Below, piece by piece: positions 51,370-62,651 of a stretch of DNA of 64,000 nucleotides. Source of the DNA: Myxococcales bacterium. GTDB taxonomy: Bacteria > Myxococcota_A > Polyangia > Polyangiales > DASUME01. Position 1 is the first letter of the stretch. Each line of letters opens with the position of its first letter. The position numbers and the translations under genes were made by a program. The notes under the pieces were generated by a model that saw nothing but the letters and a program-made list of their open reading frames with translations, was not told the DNA's origin and made no database searches. The DNA lies in contig JASGJH010000001.1 in NCBI GenBank assembly GCA_047601445.1, positions 512,001 through 576,000 on the forward strand, read 5' to 3'.

Positions 51370-52920
51370 ATGGCGTCTGCGCGGGGCGTGCACCAGCGGA
51401 GCAGTTGGGCGCACGCAGCGGGGGTGTCGTGCCTCGCGGCCGCGGCGCTCGCCTGCGACTCTGAAGCGTCCGCGCCGGACATTCCGGACGCGGGGCCGCC
51501 GCCCTTGCCTCAAGCCGCCCTTCCACTGCTGACCTGCCTGAGCCCGGTCCAAACGCTCGGTGAATGCACCCGTGATGGCGACTGCGGTTCGGGCAATTGC
51601 GTGTTGAACGCGAACCTATCCGTACCGGATCGCGGGCCGATCACGCTCGAGTGTGGTGCGCAGCAGGGGCTCGGATTGCCGCGCGATCCCTGTGAGGTTC
51701 GCACGGACTGCGCCAGCGGGCTGTGTGCCATGGCTGGCAACTGCTTGCAGCCTTGCACGAACGATGCGGACTGCGAACTCGGCACGTTCTGCCTGCCGGT
51801 GGAAGCGCGCCTGGCTGCCGACGCTCTCGCACCGGTCATGGCTTGCGTGCGCAATTTGGCTTTCGAGTCCGATGTCACGGTGCAGTCGGGCCCCGTCGCG
51901 CACACCAGCTCGGATCGCGACCTGGTCTCGCTCGACATGCCGGCGACCCAGGGCACCACGATGCTCTACTTCAAGCCCGACTGCGGCAGCTCGCTCGAGG
52001 TGGATAGCATCGACGTTCGGGCGGGCGGCAGTGTGTTGTTCAGCTACGACGATGTGCTCGACGGCCGCACCGCGCTCAACCCGGTCTCCAACATGGGCCC
52101 GCTCGTGCCGGTGCTCATCCCCAACAACCCGCAGGTCGGCGCCGAATACGAGTCCGGTGTAGCGGTCGGTGTGTTGACTTCGGAGGCCACGGGCATCGTC
52201 TCTTTGGTGGCCGCCAGAGAGCCCGCTGGACAGCGCATCCTCGACCTCAACTTGTTTTTGGTGGGAGGAGGCAGCGACGAGGTGCCGGGCGGTTTCCGCC
52301 CTGGCGATCCCGGAGTCACGAGCTTCACGGATAGGCTGCGGGAGCTCTATGCGGGGATCGGGATCGATCTCGGCACGGTGCGGCAGATCGACGTGGTGGG
52401 CAGCCTACGCGAGCAGTTGTCGGTGCTCGATTCCAACGTCGTGCACGATGATCAGGGCAACGCCGTGGGCCTCGACGTACCGGGCCTCGATCAGCTGTTC
52501 GAGCTCTCCATCGGGGTCGACTACGGAGGTCTCAACCTGTTCCTCGTGAGCGACATGGGGGACCTGTTGGGGATCTCCGGCGGCATTCCAGGTTCGCTCG
52601 GTGTGCTCGGCACGGCGGCCTCTGGCGTGGCCATCGCGGTCGACGTCGTAGGGCTCGATCAGGCGCCGATCGTGGCGCTGCACGAGATGTCCCATCAGAT
52701 GGGACTCTTCCACACCTCGGAGTTCGACGGCACGTGGATCGAACCGCTCTCCGATACACCGGTCTGCACTCAGACCAGTGACCAGAACGGCGACGGCTTG
52801 CTGACGCCTGCGGAGTGCGCCGGCCATGGTGCCGACAACCTGATGTTTTGGAGCGGTAGTGGCCAACGCCTCAGCGACCAACAGCGCGCGGTCCTGCAGC
52901 GCTCCATCGTGCTGAGATGA
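51370..52920 (+). CDS. Lipoprotein with Cys-rich repeats and a C-terminal metzincin metalloprotease (M43-like) domain
   Basis: Lipobox ALAC; C....DC.SG.C units; [11 protein letters not shown] zinc motif; Met-turn NLMFW. Confidence 0.78.
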   Translation: MASARGVHQRSSWAHAAGVSCLAAAALACDSEASAPDIPDAGPPPLPQAALPLLTCLSPVQTLGECTRDGDCGSGNCVLNANLSVPDRGPITLECGAQQGLGLPRDPCEVRTDCASGLCAMAGNCLQPCTNDADCELGTFCLPVEARLAADALAPVMACVRNLAFESDVTVQSGPVAHTSSDRDLVSLDMPATQGTTMLYFKPDCGSSLEVDSIDVRAGGSVLFSYDDVLDGRTALNPVSNMGPLVPVLIPNNPQVGAEYESGVAVGVLTSEATGIVSLVAAREPAGQRILDLNLFLVGGGSDEVPGGFRPGDPGVTSFTDRLRELYAGIGIDLGTVRQIDVVGSLREQLSVLDSNVVHDDQGNAVGLDVPGLDQLFELSIGVDYGGLNLFLVSDMGDLLGISGGIPGSLGVLGTAASGVAIAVDVVGLDQAPIVALHEMSHQMGLFHTSEFDGTWIEPLSDTPVCTQTSDQNGDGLLTPAECAGHGADNLMFWSGSGQRLSDQQRAVLQRSIVLR

Positions 52921-52970
52921 TGGAACACCTTGCTGGATCCCCGCACCAGCCGCTACGGTCAGCCAAAGCC

Positions 52971-54468
52971 ATGAAGACCCGCTATCTGCTCGCCATCGAC
53001 CAAGGGACCACTGGCAGCACCGCGCTCTTGGTGGGCGCCGACGGGGCCGTAATCGCCCGCGCGAATTCCGAGTTCCCACAACATTTTCCGCGTCCCGCCT
53101 GGGTCGAGCACGAGCCCGAGGAGATCCTGGGCAGCGTTCGCAAGGCCATCGGAGAGGTCTTCAGGGCCTCGAGGTTGGACCCCCATGACTGCGTGGCCAT
53201 CGGCATCACCAACCAGCGCGAGACCACCGTGCTGTGGGAGCGCAACAGCGGCAGGCCCGTGCACCGGGCCATCGTGTGGCAGGACCGTCGTACCACCGAG
53301 CGCTGCGCCGAGCTCAAGCAGCGTGGGCTCGAACCCTTGTTCCGTGAGCGCACCGGGCTGGTGCTCGACCCGTACTTCTCGGGCACCAAACTCGAGTGGT
53401 TGCTCGACAACGTGCCCTTCGCGCGCCAGCACGCCGAGAGCGGAGAACTCTGCTTCGGCACCATCGATAGCTTTCTGATCCACCGGCTCACTGGCGGCGT
53501 TCACGCCACGGATGTCACCAACGCGAGCCGCACGCTCCTGTTCGACATCCGTCGCTTGAGCTGGGACGACGAGCTGCTCGGGCACCTGCGCATCCCGCGC
53601 GCCGTGTTGCCGGACGTGAAAGGCTCCTCCGAGCTCTTCGGACACACCAAGGGCTTCGATCCGCTTCCCGACGGCATTCCAATCATGGGCGTAGCCGGTG
53701 ACCAGCACGCCGCGCTGTTCGGGCAGACCTGCTTCCAGGTGGGCGAGGGCAAGTGCACCTACGGCACCGGGGCGTTCTTCCTGGTCAACACCGGGACCGC
53801 GCCCGTGCGTTCCAAGCACGGCCTCTTGAGCACCGTGGCCTGGCGCATCGGAGACCGCACCGAATATGCCCTCGAAGGCAGCGCATTCATTGCTGGCGCC
53901 GCAGTGCAATGGCTGCGCGACGGCCTGGGCCTCATCAAGTCGGCCTCCGAGATCGAGGCTCTGGCGGCCCAGGTGGAAAGTGCGGGCGACGTGGTGTTCG
54001 TGCCGGCACTGGCGGGTCTAGGCGCGCCCTACTGGGATCCTGACGCACGTGGGCTGATCTCCGGGATTACACGGGACACCACCAAGGCCCACCTGGCGCG
54101 CGCGACCCTCGAGGGAATCGCGTTTCAAGTGGCCGATCTGGCTCACTCGATGGAAGCCGACATGGGACGACCACTGACCGGCTTGCGCGTGGACGGCGGC
54201 GCCAGTCAAAATGAAGATCCTAATGAAATTCCAAGGAGATATCCTGGGGGTTCAGGTGGACCGTCCAAGCTCGGTCGAGACGACGGGGCTGGGCGCGGCC
54301 TACCTGGCTGGACTAGCCTCGGGCATGTTCGAGAGTCGTGAGGCTATCGCTCGGGCCCACCGGATTGACTGGAGTTATAAACCTACTATGAGCCTGGAGA
54401 GGCGGGAGGCGCACAAGGTGCGCTGGGCCCGCGCCGTGGCGCGTGCCAGAAGCGAGCTTGGACTGTGA
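52971..54468 (+). pseudogene. glpK: Glycerol kinase, frameshifted at about 54213-54216 (probably a sequencing error)
   Basis: [35 protein letters not shown] and [17 protein letters not shown]...[12 protein letters not shown] continues in the +1 frame. Confidence 0.9.
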
Positions 54469-55244
54469 CTGCCGGAGAACAGATTGGCGTGGGGTCGGAG
54501 GGAGACGCTTCCGAAAAGCGGGAGGTTCCCGTCGCGTGGGAGGCACTCGAAGACGCCTTCGAGAACAACGCCCCGGAAGTCCATAGCTACCTTCACCTGA
54601 GCACGGGCGAGGTCATCCGGGTGGTGGACGGCATCGCCGACCCCGCGACCCATGCCCGCATCGCCACCGACGCGAACTACCTGCGGGTCGACCCTGTGTC
54701 TTCCCGCGAGCAGTACCGCTGGATGGAGCGCTTCATCGCCACCGTCGAGGAAGGGCCGTTGCGGCAGAAGCTGCTCCAGTCCATCGACGGCAAGGGCGCG
54801 TTCCGCCGCTTCAAAGACGTGCTGATGGCGTTCCCGGTCGATCGCGAGCGCTGGTTTACGTTTCGATCCGAGCGGCTACGCTCCTGCATGGAGGCGTGGC
54901 TCGACGCGCAAGGAGTGGTTTCCGTGGAGCGACCTGAGTGGGCGGTGCCTACGGCCGACGACGTACGGCCCCAGGTCGAGACGGTGGAGCGTCTGCCGGC
55001 CGCGGCTGCCCCGCGCCGCGCGCCTGCCCGAGCGAATGGCCCCGAAACACAGCGTCGACGAGCCATCGAGCTCCTCGAGCTGCTGCCTGCCAAGGACCTG
55101 GAGATGGCGCTGAACTTCCTGGAGTTCCTGCGTGAGCGTCGCCCGCTCGCGCGCGCCTCCGGGCGTGACCCGCGCGACAACGGCCACGATGACGACGACG
55201 GCGTGCTCGATGAGGAGCGCGACGAGGGGCTGCGAGGACGCTGA
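54465..55244 (+). CDS. UPF0158 family protein
   Basis: YLHLSTGEV, YRWMERFI, GKGAFRRFKDVL, ERWFTFR. Confidence 0.8.
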   Translation: MTAGEQIGVGSEGDASEKREVPVAWEALEDAFENNAPEVHSYLHLSTGEVIRVVDGIADPATHARIATDANYLRVDPVSSREQYRWMERFIATVEEGPLRQKLLQSIDGKGAFRRFKDVLMAFPVDRERWFTFRSERLRSCMEAWLDAQGVVSVERPEWAVPTADDVRPQVETVERLPAAAAPRRAPARANGPETQRRRAIELLELLPAKDLEMALNFLEFLRERRPLARASGRDPRDNGHDDDDGVLDEERDEGLRGR

Positions 55245-55247
55245 GTC

Positions 55248-55967
55248 ATGGCATCACGTGATCGCGCGGGGTGGTTGCGCGCGCTCGCGGGGTCGGGCCT
55301 GCTGAGCTGCCTCTTGCTGATTGGGCCTGAGGCTACCCGGGCGGAGCTGCCCGAAGCGCTCGGCGCCATTCGCGTCGATGGTTTGGCAGCCGTAGTCGGC
55401 GGGCTCGCGCCAGGGAAAGGCGTGATCTCCATCTATCGCAGCGACGTGGAGCTGCGCGCGCGCCTCTCGATGCTGCGCGCCGGCGCCGACCCGGAGACGG
55501 CACTCGGACCTCTTCCGGCCTCGCTGCTCTCCGCCAGCCTCGATGAACTCGTGGGCGAGGCCTTGGTCGCCTCGGAGGCGGCGCGCCTGAGCTTGGCGAA
55601 GCCCGGTCGCGAGCAGATCCTCGGCGAGCGTCAACGCTTCGCCCTGGGCGTCGGAGGGGAGGCTCAACTGCAGAGCTTTGCGCGCGCGCTCGGGGTCACG
55701 GACGGCGAACTGGGGCGCATCGTGGAGCGCAAGGCCGTGGTGAGTGGCTTCCTGGCGGCCAACCTCGAGGGCACGCTCGACCTCTCACCGAGCGAGATCG
55801 AGAAGGCTTACGCGGAGCAGGAGCATCCTTTCGGGGATCAGCCGCTCGAGCAAGTGCGTGATCAGCTGCGCGCCTGGTTGATCCAGCGTCGCGTGCAGGC
55901 CGCCGTGGGGCGCTGGGTGGAGAGCTTGCGCCAGCGCACGCCTTCGAAGCGCCTGGTCACCTACTGA
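55248..55967 (+). CDS. Secreted hypothetical protein, possibly SurA N-terminal-like
   Basis: Signal peptide; VDGLAAVV; LDELVGEAL; PLEQVRDQLR...WVESLRQR. Confidence 0.55.
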   Translation: MASRDRAGWLRALAGSGLLSCLLLIGPEATRAELPEALGAIRVDGLAAVVGGLAPGKGVISIYRSDVELRARLSMLRAGADPETALGPLPASLLSASLDELVGEALVASEAARLSLAKPGREQILGERQRFALGVGGEAQLQSFARALGVTDGELGRIVERKAVVSGFLAANLEGTLDLSPSEIEKAYAEQEHPFGDQPLEQVRDQLRAWLIQRRVQAAVGRWVESLRQRTPSKRLVTY

Positions 55968-55979
55968 GCAGGTCACGAC

Positions 55980-56708
55980 TCAGTTGCGAACGTCTTTTGC
56001 AGGCTCGCGCGCCGAGCTGCGCGCTTCGACGTAGTCCACGACGCGGTACGGCGCGTGGTCCAGGTGAAAGTGATTGTGGTGGCCCGGATAGCCGGGCCCG
56101 AGCAGCACGTGAAATACCTCGGGGCGTTCGGCGATCTTGCGCGCCAGGTCATGCAGGAAGTCCGAGTGGGCCTGTTGATTGCCACTCGCGCTCCAGTGGC
56201 TATCCACGCGCACCTTGAGCGCGCCGCGCAGCTTGGCGGGCAAGCTCGCGTAGCGTGGACTCTTGCGGGGCAACGCGCCGAAGTCGAAGCCCGCGATGTC
56301 GATGGCGTTGCCGAGCGCGTGCTCGCTGACCCAGCTCGGATAGCGCCGCATGACGCGGCAGTTGTAGGTTCCCAGGTGAACGATGCGTTGAGGCTCGCGG
56401 CCGTAGTGCGCCAGGGCGACCTCGCTTACCAAGGCTTCGAATGCCGCGAGCTGCGCCTGAAAGGCCGGATGAATGCGCATGGGCTTCTGGTACTTCAGCC
56501 GAGCGCCACGGTAGTTCACGAGCGGCACGTCTCCGCTCTGGCAGGGCAGGGGAGAACCTGGCTCGAGCACCCGCGGGATGTCGTCGAGCGGGTACGACGG
56601 CCCCGCGTCGCTTCCCGCCTGGCCCTCCTTGGCGCGCGCGGGGGACCCGAAACCGCAGCTGATGCCGAGACACAACAAGCCCAACCACACCCAGGGACGG
56701 CGCGCCAT
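55980..56708 (-). CDS. Extensin-like C-terminal domain protein
   Basis: HLGTYNCR, SEHALGNAIDIAGF, LGPGY..HHNHFHLD. Confidence 0.85.
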   Translation of the reverse strand: MARRPWVWLGLLCLGISCGFGSPARAKEGQAGSDAGPSYPLDDIPRVLEPGSPLPCQSGDVPLVNYRGARLKYQKPMRIHPAFQAQLAAFEALVSEVALAHYGREPQRIVHLGTYNCRVMRRYPSWVSEHALGNAIDIAGFDFGALPRKSPRYASLPAKLRGALKVRVDSHWSASGNQQAHSDFLHDLARKIAERPEVFHVLLGPGYPGHHNHFHLDHAPYRVVDYVEARSSAREPAKDVRN

Positions 56709-56776
56709 GCAGTCTCAGACGTGCGAGCTGGGAAAACGATCCACGTGCTGGCTCCCGCGGCGGCCAACGCGCGCGT

Positions 56777-57298
56777 TTACGACTCGGCGGTGAGCCCCCG
56801 CACATAGCGTCGAAAGTTCTCGACGTAGTGCTCCGCCGACAGGTGCAGGGCCGTGCGCTCGTTGTCGCTCAACTGACGGACGACCTTGCCAGGTGTCCCC
56901 ATCACCAGGGACCCATCGGGGATCTCCTTGCCCTCGGGGATCAAGGAGTTGGCCCCGATGATGCAATGGCTGCCGATCTTGGCCCGGTTGAGCACCACCG
57001 CGTTGATGCCGATCAGGCTGTGATCACCGACGATGCAGCCGTGCAGCATCACCTTGTGTCCGACGGTCACGCCGCGTCCCAGGGTCAACGGGACGCCGAG
57101 ATCCGTGTGCAGCACCGAGCCATCTTGGATGTTCGTACGCTCACCGATCACGATGGGATCGTTGTCACCGCGGATCACCACGTTGAACCACACGCTGGAG
57201 CAGTCGTGCAGGACGACCGAGCCGATTACGGTGGCGTTGGGGGCGACGAACGTCTCGCCGAGACGCTGTACCCGCCTGTCTTCGAGACGGTAAATCAT
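56777..57298 (-). CDS. Gamma carbonic anhydrase family protein
   Basis: [37 protein letters not shown]. Confidence 0.93.
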   Translation of the reverse strand: MIYRLEDRRVQRLGETFVAPNATVIGSVVLHDCSSVWFNVVIRGDNDPIVIGERTNIQDGSVLHTDLGVPLTLGRGVTVGHKVMLHGCIVGDHSLIGINAVVLNRAKIGSHCIIGANSLIPEGKEIPDGSLVMGTPGKVVRQLSDNERTALHLSAEHYVENFRRYVRGLTAES

Positions 57299-57371
57299 GG
57301 CTGCGACATACCATGTGTGCCGGGCCCCGACCGCTCTTGCCAAGCCCGGGCCAGCGACGTAGAGGATCTAG

Positions 57372-58030
57372 GTGACGCCCCCGGCACCCATCCGCATCGT
57401 TCGAGCACCGCGGGACAAGGGTGGGCGCTACCACCATGGCGACCTGCGGCGCGCCTTGGTCGAAGCTGCGCTCGAGTTGGTGCACCAGGCTGGTCCGGCT
57501 GGCATCACCCTGCGCGAAGCCGCACGGCGGGCCGGGGTGACGCACGCAGCACCCTACCGCCACTTTGCGGACAAGGAGTCGTTGCTTGCCGCGGTGGCCG
57601 AAGAAGGGTTCATCCAGCTGCGAGGGAAGATGGAGCTGTCCACCCAGGGGGTCTCCGGGCTCGCGGCCATCGAGGCGATCGGCCTTGCGTACGTGCACTT
57701 CGCGCAGGAGAACCCGTCGCACTTTCGCGTGATGTTCGGGGCCGAATTGGGGGACAAGCGACGCCACCCGAGCTTGCTCGAGGCCGATCAGGCCGTGTTC
57801 GACGTGCTGCGTGAGGCCATCGCCAGCGCGCAGCGAGCCCTCGAGCTGCCGGCCGGAGAGCCTGCCAGCATGGGCATGGTGGCCTGGTCCATGTTGCACG
57901 GGGTGGCGGCGATGGTGGTCGATGGGCAGCTGGCCAGGGCCGGTGTGCGGGGGAAAAAGTGGGCGAGTACGCGACGCGGGTCTTGCGCACGGCCGTCGCC
58001 GGGCTGAAGCAGTGGTCGGTGATCCGATGA
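57372..58030 (+). CDS. TetR/AcrR family regulator (WHG-type C-terminus), probable frameshift at 57949-57958
   Basis: YHHGDLRRAL, TLREAARRAGVTHAAPYRHF, WSMLHG. The -1 frame after GGGGGAAAAA reads EKVGEYATRVLRTAVAGL...* and ends ATGA-coupled to the next gene. As sequenced, the stop is at 58007. Confidence 0.85.
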
Positions 58031-58620
58031 GGCCAGCCTGGGGGAGGGGTCTGCGAGGCGCGTGTCTGATGGTGGCGTGGGCGGCGTGCGCGCTTGGCTG
58101 TGGCTCGAGCCTGCGAGCGCCCAAGCCGGCGGTCTTGCCCGTCGACCAGACGGCACGCCGGGAGAGCCTGGACCAGCTGGCGCGCGCGCTTTTCGACGCC
58201 ATCCGGGCAGACGCACCCGAGCAGGCGCTGGCTCCGGCCGCCGAGCTCGACGAGCTTCTGCCCAGCCCGACCCGGACCCGCATCGAGCAAGAACGCAGGC
58301 GCCCGATCCACCAAGCCGCCAGCGTGCCCGGTCATCCGGCGGTCTGGAGCGCTGCTTCGTACGCAGGATTCTGCGCCCAGGGGGCCCGTGAAGAGCCTGC
58401 TGGTGGGGCGCTGGGGCTCGGCGGGGCGGCCTGGCTGCTCGACCGCCTGCTGGTAGTCGCGGATCTTGGTAACGGGCGCTCGGCCTCCTGGGTGGAGGGG
58501 CGCTTCCTCTTTACGGACCAGGGCTGGAGGGCACTTACGTTGAGTCGCGTAGAGACTCCGCGGGCGGGTCATTCCGATCTGGACCTGGCCCCCTGTGATG
58601 TGGAGCAAGGCATCCGGTAG
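58027..58620 (+). CDS. Hypothetical lipoprotein
   Basis: Signal peptide with ALGC. Confidence 0.65.
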   Translation: MRPAWGRGLRGACLMVAWAACALGCGSSLRAPKPAVLPVDQTARRESLDQLARALFDAIRADAPEQALAPAAELDELLPSPTRTRIEQERRRPIHQAASVPGHPAVWSAASYAGFCAQGAREEPAGGALGLGGAAWLLDRLLVVADLGNGRSASWVEGRFLFTDQGWRALTLSRVETPRAGHSDLDLAPCDVEQGIR

Positions 58621-58636
58621 CCCCAATATATTGTGG
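58621..58636. promoter_or_regulatory. NrdR-box-like site upstream of smc
   Basis: CCCCAATATATTGTGG versus the consensus acaCwAtATaTwGtgg; an AT-rich palindrome in GC-rich DNA. Confidence 0.6.
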
Positions 58637-58806
58637 ATGTCACGCCCTGACCCCTACCGTTAATCGTGGAAATGATTGCAATCGCGAAAAGCGGCTGATA
58701 ACTGGGGACGACCAGCGCTGGGGCCCGTTGGGCCGGCTGGGACGTAGGGCGCGGGCCGCCATCTGGGGTCGGGAAGAGCCGACAGCGGCATCACAAGGAT
58801 TGGACG

Positions 58807-61800
58807 ATGAAGCTCAAGACGCTCGAGATCTGCGGGTTCAAGTCGTTCGTGGACAAGACCGTCGTGCGGTTCGACCACGAGATCACCGGCGTGGTGGGAC
58901 CCAATGGCTGCGGCAAGTCCAACATCGTCGACGCCATCCGCTGGGCCATGGGCGAACAGTCCGCCAAGCACCTGCGCGGCAAGCACATGGACGACGTGAT
59001 CTTCAACGGCTCGGAGGCGCGTGGTCCCCACAGCTTCGCCGAGGTCACGATCACGTTCGATAACTCCGACGGTGCGGCCCCCCTCGAGTTCAAGGATTAC
59101 GCCGAGATCGCCGTGACCCGCCGGCTCACGCGCGACGGCGACAGCAGCTACCTGATCAACAAGGTGCCGGTGCGTCTGATGGACGTCACCGCGCTGTTCC
59201 TCGGCACCGGCGTCGGCACCAAGGCCTATTCGATTATCGAGCAGGGCCGCATCGGCTTGATCGTCACGGCCAAGCCCGAAGAGCGCCGCCATCTCATCGA
59301 AGAGGCCGCGGGCATCACCAAGTTCAAGGCCCACAAGCAGAAGGCCGAGCGCAAGATGGAGCAGACGCGGCAGAACCTGCTGCGCGTCAGCGACATCCTC
59401 GGCGAGCTCGACAAGAGTCTGGCCTCGCTCAAGCGGCAGGCGCAAAAGGCCGAGCGCTACAAGGCTTACCGCGACGAGCAGCGCGATCTGGAGTTGTGGG
59501 TCGGCAGCCATCGCTACCTCGAGCTACACGCCACGCGTGGTGCCCTGCTCGGCCAGCTCGCCGGGGCCCAAGAGGAGGCCGACGGCCTGCGCGTCAGCTT
59601 GAGTGCCCAGGAGACCGAGATCGAAGCCGATCGACTGCTCCTGTCCTCGGAAGAGATGGCCGTACAAGAGGCCACCTCCGTGGCTCACCAGCTCGACAAC
59701 GCAGTGCGGCTGCTCGAGGCGCAGGTGAAGCACAACTCGGAGCGCTTGGCGCAGCTTCGTCACGGCGAAGCGGCGGCGGAGCGCGAGTTGGCCGAGATCA
59801 CCAACCAGCGCGAGCGCTTCAGCGCCGAGAAGGTGCAGCTCGAGGAAAGCCTGGCAGAGCTCGAAGAGGTCGCCTCCGCGGAGGGCGCGGTGCTCGAGCG
59901 CGAGAGTGAACTCTTGGAGCAGCGCAAGCGGGCTGCCCAGGACGCTGATCAGGCCATGAACGTGGGTCGGTCCCGCGTGACCGAGGCGGCCACGCGCATC
60001 GCGCGAGCCGAGGCGGTCCTGAGCGGCTTCGAGCGTCGACGCGGAGAGGCCTTTCAGCGCCTCGAGCGCCTGCGCAGCGAGCGCGAGACCCTCGAGATGC
60101 GCAGCATGGAGCTGTCCGAGCAGACCCGCGAGCTGGCGGCGCGTCTGGACGGGCTGCGTGGCGACAAGCAGACCACAGTGGAGCGCAAGGGCGAGCTCGA
60201 GCGGGAGCTGGACCAGGCCCGCAAGGACGTGCGCGAGAGCGAAGTGCGCACCGACGAGGTGCGTTCGGAGCTGGCGGACAAGCGGTCGCGCCTGCGCTCG
60301 CTGGAGCAGATTCACCAGCGCTTCGAGGGCGTGGGGGCCGGCGTCCGCGCCTTGATGCAGCGAGCCCAGAACGACGCGTCGCTGCGCGTGGTCGGCATGC
60401 TCGCCGATCGCCTGGACTGCCCTTCGGAGCACACGCAGGCCTTGGCCGGTGCGCTCGGTGAACGCCTCCAGTACGTGGTGGTCGAAGACCTGGCGGCGGG
60501 TACCCAGGCCATCCAAACCTTGCGCGATCAGAAGAAGGGCCGCGCCACGGTGATCTCGCGCTCGCCGCGCGCGCGCACGCTCGCCGCGCGCGCGCCGCTG
60601 GGGGAGCCTGGCGTCATCGGATTGCTCGCGGAGTTGGTGCGCTACGCCAGCGAAGACGCGAACCTGGTGCACAATCTGCTCGGCGACGTCCTCGTGGTGG
60701 AGGACCTGGCGACGGCCCAGCGCGTCTACGAGCAGGCGGGCTTCGACGGCACCTTGGTCACGCGCCAGGGTGAGGTGCTCGGCGCGGACGGACGGCTCAC
60801 GGGCGGTTCCGGCGAAGACGCGGGCGCCCACATGCTCGAGGTCAAGCGCGAGATTCGCGAGCTCGGACCCGTGGTGGCGCGGCTCGAACAGGAGATGGCC
60901 AGCGCCCAGGCGCGCGTCAGCGAGTTGCGCGCCTCCATCGCGCGTCGTCAGGCCGAGCTCGACGCGGCCCGCACCGAAGGCCACGACGCCGAGCTCGCCA
61001 TGGTGCGCGCCGAGAAGGACCTCAAGCGCGCCGAGGAAGAGCTCGCCCGTGCCCGCGATCGCAGCGAGCAGCTGGCCTACGAGACCGACGATCTTTCGTC
61101 GAGCCTGGCCGAGGCGTCCAGCGAGGAGACCGAGGCCCGCGGGGAGATCGCTTCGGCCAAGGGCGCGCGTGAACAGGCCGAGAACGACCTGGCTGGCTTC
61201 GAGCAGGTAAGCCAGGAGCGTCGCCGCTTGGTGGAGGCCCAGGCCACCATCGTGACCGAGATTCGCGTGCGCGCCGCCGAAGCGCGTCAGCGCGTGCAGA
61301 GCGACCGCGTGGCCCTCGACCGCGTCGAGCGCGGCTTGGCCGATTTGTCCACGCGCCTCACGCGCGTCGAGCGCGAGCTCGTGGATACGGTGGAGAAGCA
61401 GGGCCAGACGGCCGCACAAATCGTGGTCGATCGCGAGTCGCTGAGCGAGCGCGTGGGCGAGGCCAAGCAGGCCGCCGACACGCTCTCGGAGGCGCGCGCC
61501 GCCTACGAAGAAAAGAAGCTCTTGCTGGGCGGTCGGGAGGCGCAGCTCAAGGAACTGCGCGCGCGTATCGACAGCGCCGCGGGCGTGGCCAACCAGCTTA
61601 CGCTCAAGGAGCGTCAGGCCCAGATGTCGCTGGATCGCTTGATCGAGCAGATTCAGGAGCGCCACCGCACCGACGTCCGCTTGGTACTCACCGAGTTCCA
61701 CATTCGGGAGCTTCCCGACGCCGCGACCACCGACCGCATCCAGGAGCTCGATCGTCTGCTCGAGCGTATGGGGCCCATCAACCTCACGGCTATCGAGGAG

Positions 61801-62412
61801 TACGAGGAGCAGTCCAAGCGCTACGAGTACTTGAGCGGCCAGAAGAAGGACCTCGAGACGGCGCTCGACCAGCTCGACGCTGCCATCCGCCAGATGAACC
61901 GCGAGAGCAAGAAGCTCTTCCGCGACACCTTCGAGTCCGTGGCGGCGCGCTTCTCCCAGATCTTCCCGAAGATGTTCGGCGGCGGTAGTGCGCAGCTGAA
62001 GCTCACCAATCCCGATGACATGCTGGAGACCGGCGTGGAGATCATCGCGCAGCCGCCGGGCAAGCGCGTGGGGGCCATGGAGCTCCTGAGCGGCGGTGAG
62101 AAGGCTCTCACTGCGGTGTCGTTGATCTTCGCGCTCTTCCAGCACAAGCCGAGCCCGTTCTGCTTGCTCGACGAGGTGGACGCGCCGCTCGACGAGGCGA
62201 ACATCGGGCGCTTCGCCGAGGCCATTCGCTCGATGACCGCGCACTCGCAGTTCATCGTGATCACGCACTCCAAGCGCACCATGGAAATCGCCGATGTGCT
62301 GTACGGCGTGACCATGGAAAGGCCCGGCATCTCGACGCTGGTGTCCGTGGAGCTGCGTCAGGGTTCCCAGAAGCGCTCGGCCGACCCGCGCAACGAAGCT
62401 GCGGTCGCTTGA
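58807..62412 (+). CDS. smc: Chromosome segregation protein SMC
   Basis: GFKSF, GPNGCGKSN, long coiled coils, hinge GRAT...TGG, LSGGE, LDEVDAPLD. Confidence 0.97.
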   Translation: MKLKTLEICGFKSFVDKTVVRFDHEITGVVGPNGCGKSNIVDAIRWAMGEQSAKHLRGKHMDDVIFNGSEARGPHSFAEVTITFDNSDGAAPLEFKDYAEIAVTRRLTRDGDSSYLINKVPVRLMDVTALFLGTGVGTKAYSIIEQGRIGLIVTAKPEERRHLIEEAAGITKFKAHKQKAERKMEQTRQNLLRVSDILGELDKSLASLKRQAQKAERYKAYRDEQRDLELWVGSHRYLELHATRGALLGQLAGAQEEADGLRVSLSAQETEIEADRLLLSSEEMAVQEATSVAHQLDNAVRLLEAQVKHNSERLAQLRHGEAAAERELAEITNQRERFSAEKVQLEESLAELEEVASAEGAVLERESELLEQRKRAAQDADQAMNVGRSRVTEAATRIARAEAVLSGFERRRGEAFQRLERLRSERETLEMRSMELSEQTRELAARLDGLRGDKQTTVERKGELERELDQARKDVRESEVRTDEVRSELADKRSRLRSLEQIHQRFEGVGAGVRALMQRAQNDASLRVVGMLADRLDCPSEHTQALAGALGERLQYVVVEDLAAGTQAIQTLRDQKKGRATVISRSPRARTLAARAPLGEPGVIGLLAELVRYASEDANLVHNLLGDVLVVEDLATAQRVYEQAGFDGTLVTRQGEVLGADGRLTGGSGEDAGAHMLEVKREIRELGPVVARLEQEMASAQARVSELRASIARRQAELDAARTEGHDAELAMVRAEKDLKRAEEELARARDRSEQLAYETDDLSSSLAEASSEETEARGEIASAKGAREQAENDLAGFEQVSQERRRLVEAQATIVTEIRVRAAEARQRVQSDRVALDRVERGLADLSTRLTRVERELVDTVEKQGQTAAQIVVDRESLSERVGEAKQAADTLSEARAAYEEKKLLLGGREAQLKELRARIDSAAGVANQLTLKERQAQMSLDRLIEQIQERHRTDVRLVLTEFHIRELPDAATTDRIQELDRLLERMGPINLTAIEEYEEQSKRYEYLSGQKKDLETALDQLDAAIRQMNRESKKLFRDTFESVAARFSQIFPKMFGGGSAQLKLTNPDDMLETGVEIIAQPPGKRVGAMELLSGGEKALTAVSLIFALFQHKPSPFCLLDEVDAPLDEANIGRFAEAIRSMTAHSQFIVITHSKRTMEIADVLYGVTMERPGISTLVSVELRQGSQKRSADPRNEAAVA

Positions 62413-62651
62413 ACACGGCCGCGAGCTGAGCGCAGGCTCGAGCTGAGCACAGGCCAACCCGCGCAACGAGCCGCAGCGGCCGCCCGAAGGCGCGCCAAAG
62501 CTGCGTGGACGCCCTACGGGGTAGGTCTGCGTGCGCCGAAAATGGGCTTGTTTGCCAGAAAATTCTCCCCTAGCGTCATGCGGGGCGCGGAAGGGGGTCG
62601 ACCGCGTGCCCGTACATCCGTTGGACACTTCCATCATGCGAGGTTGCTTCG

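Noticed and set aside
62422..62455. 17-bp direct repeat x2 after smc as parS, dif or att site
   Set aside because: It does not resemble parS or dif consensus, no integrase is nearby, and there are only two GC-rich copies.
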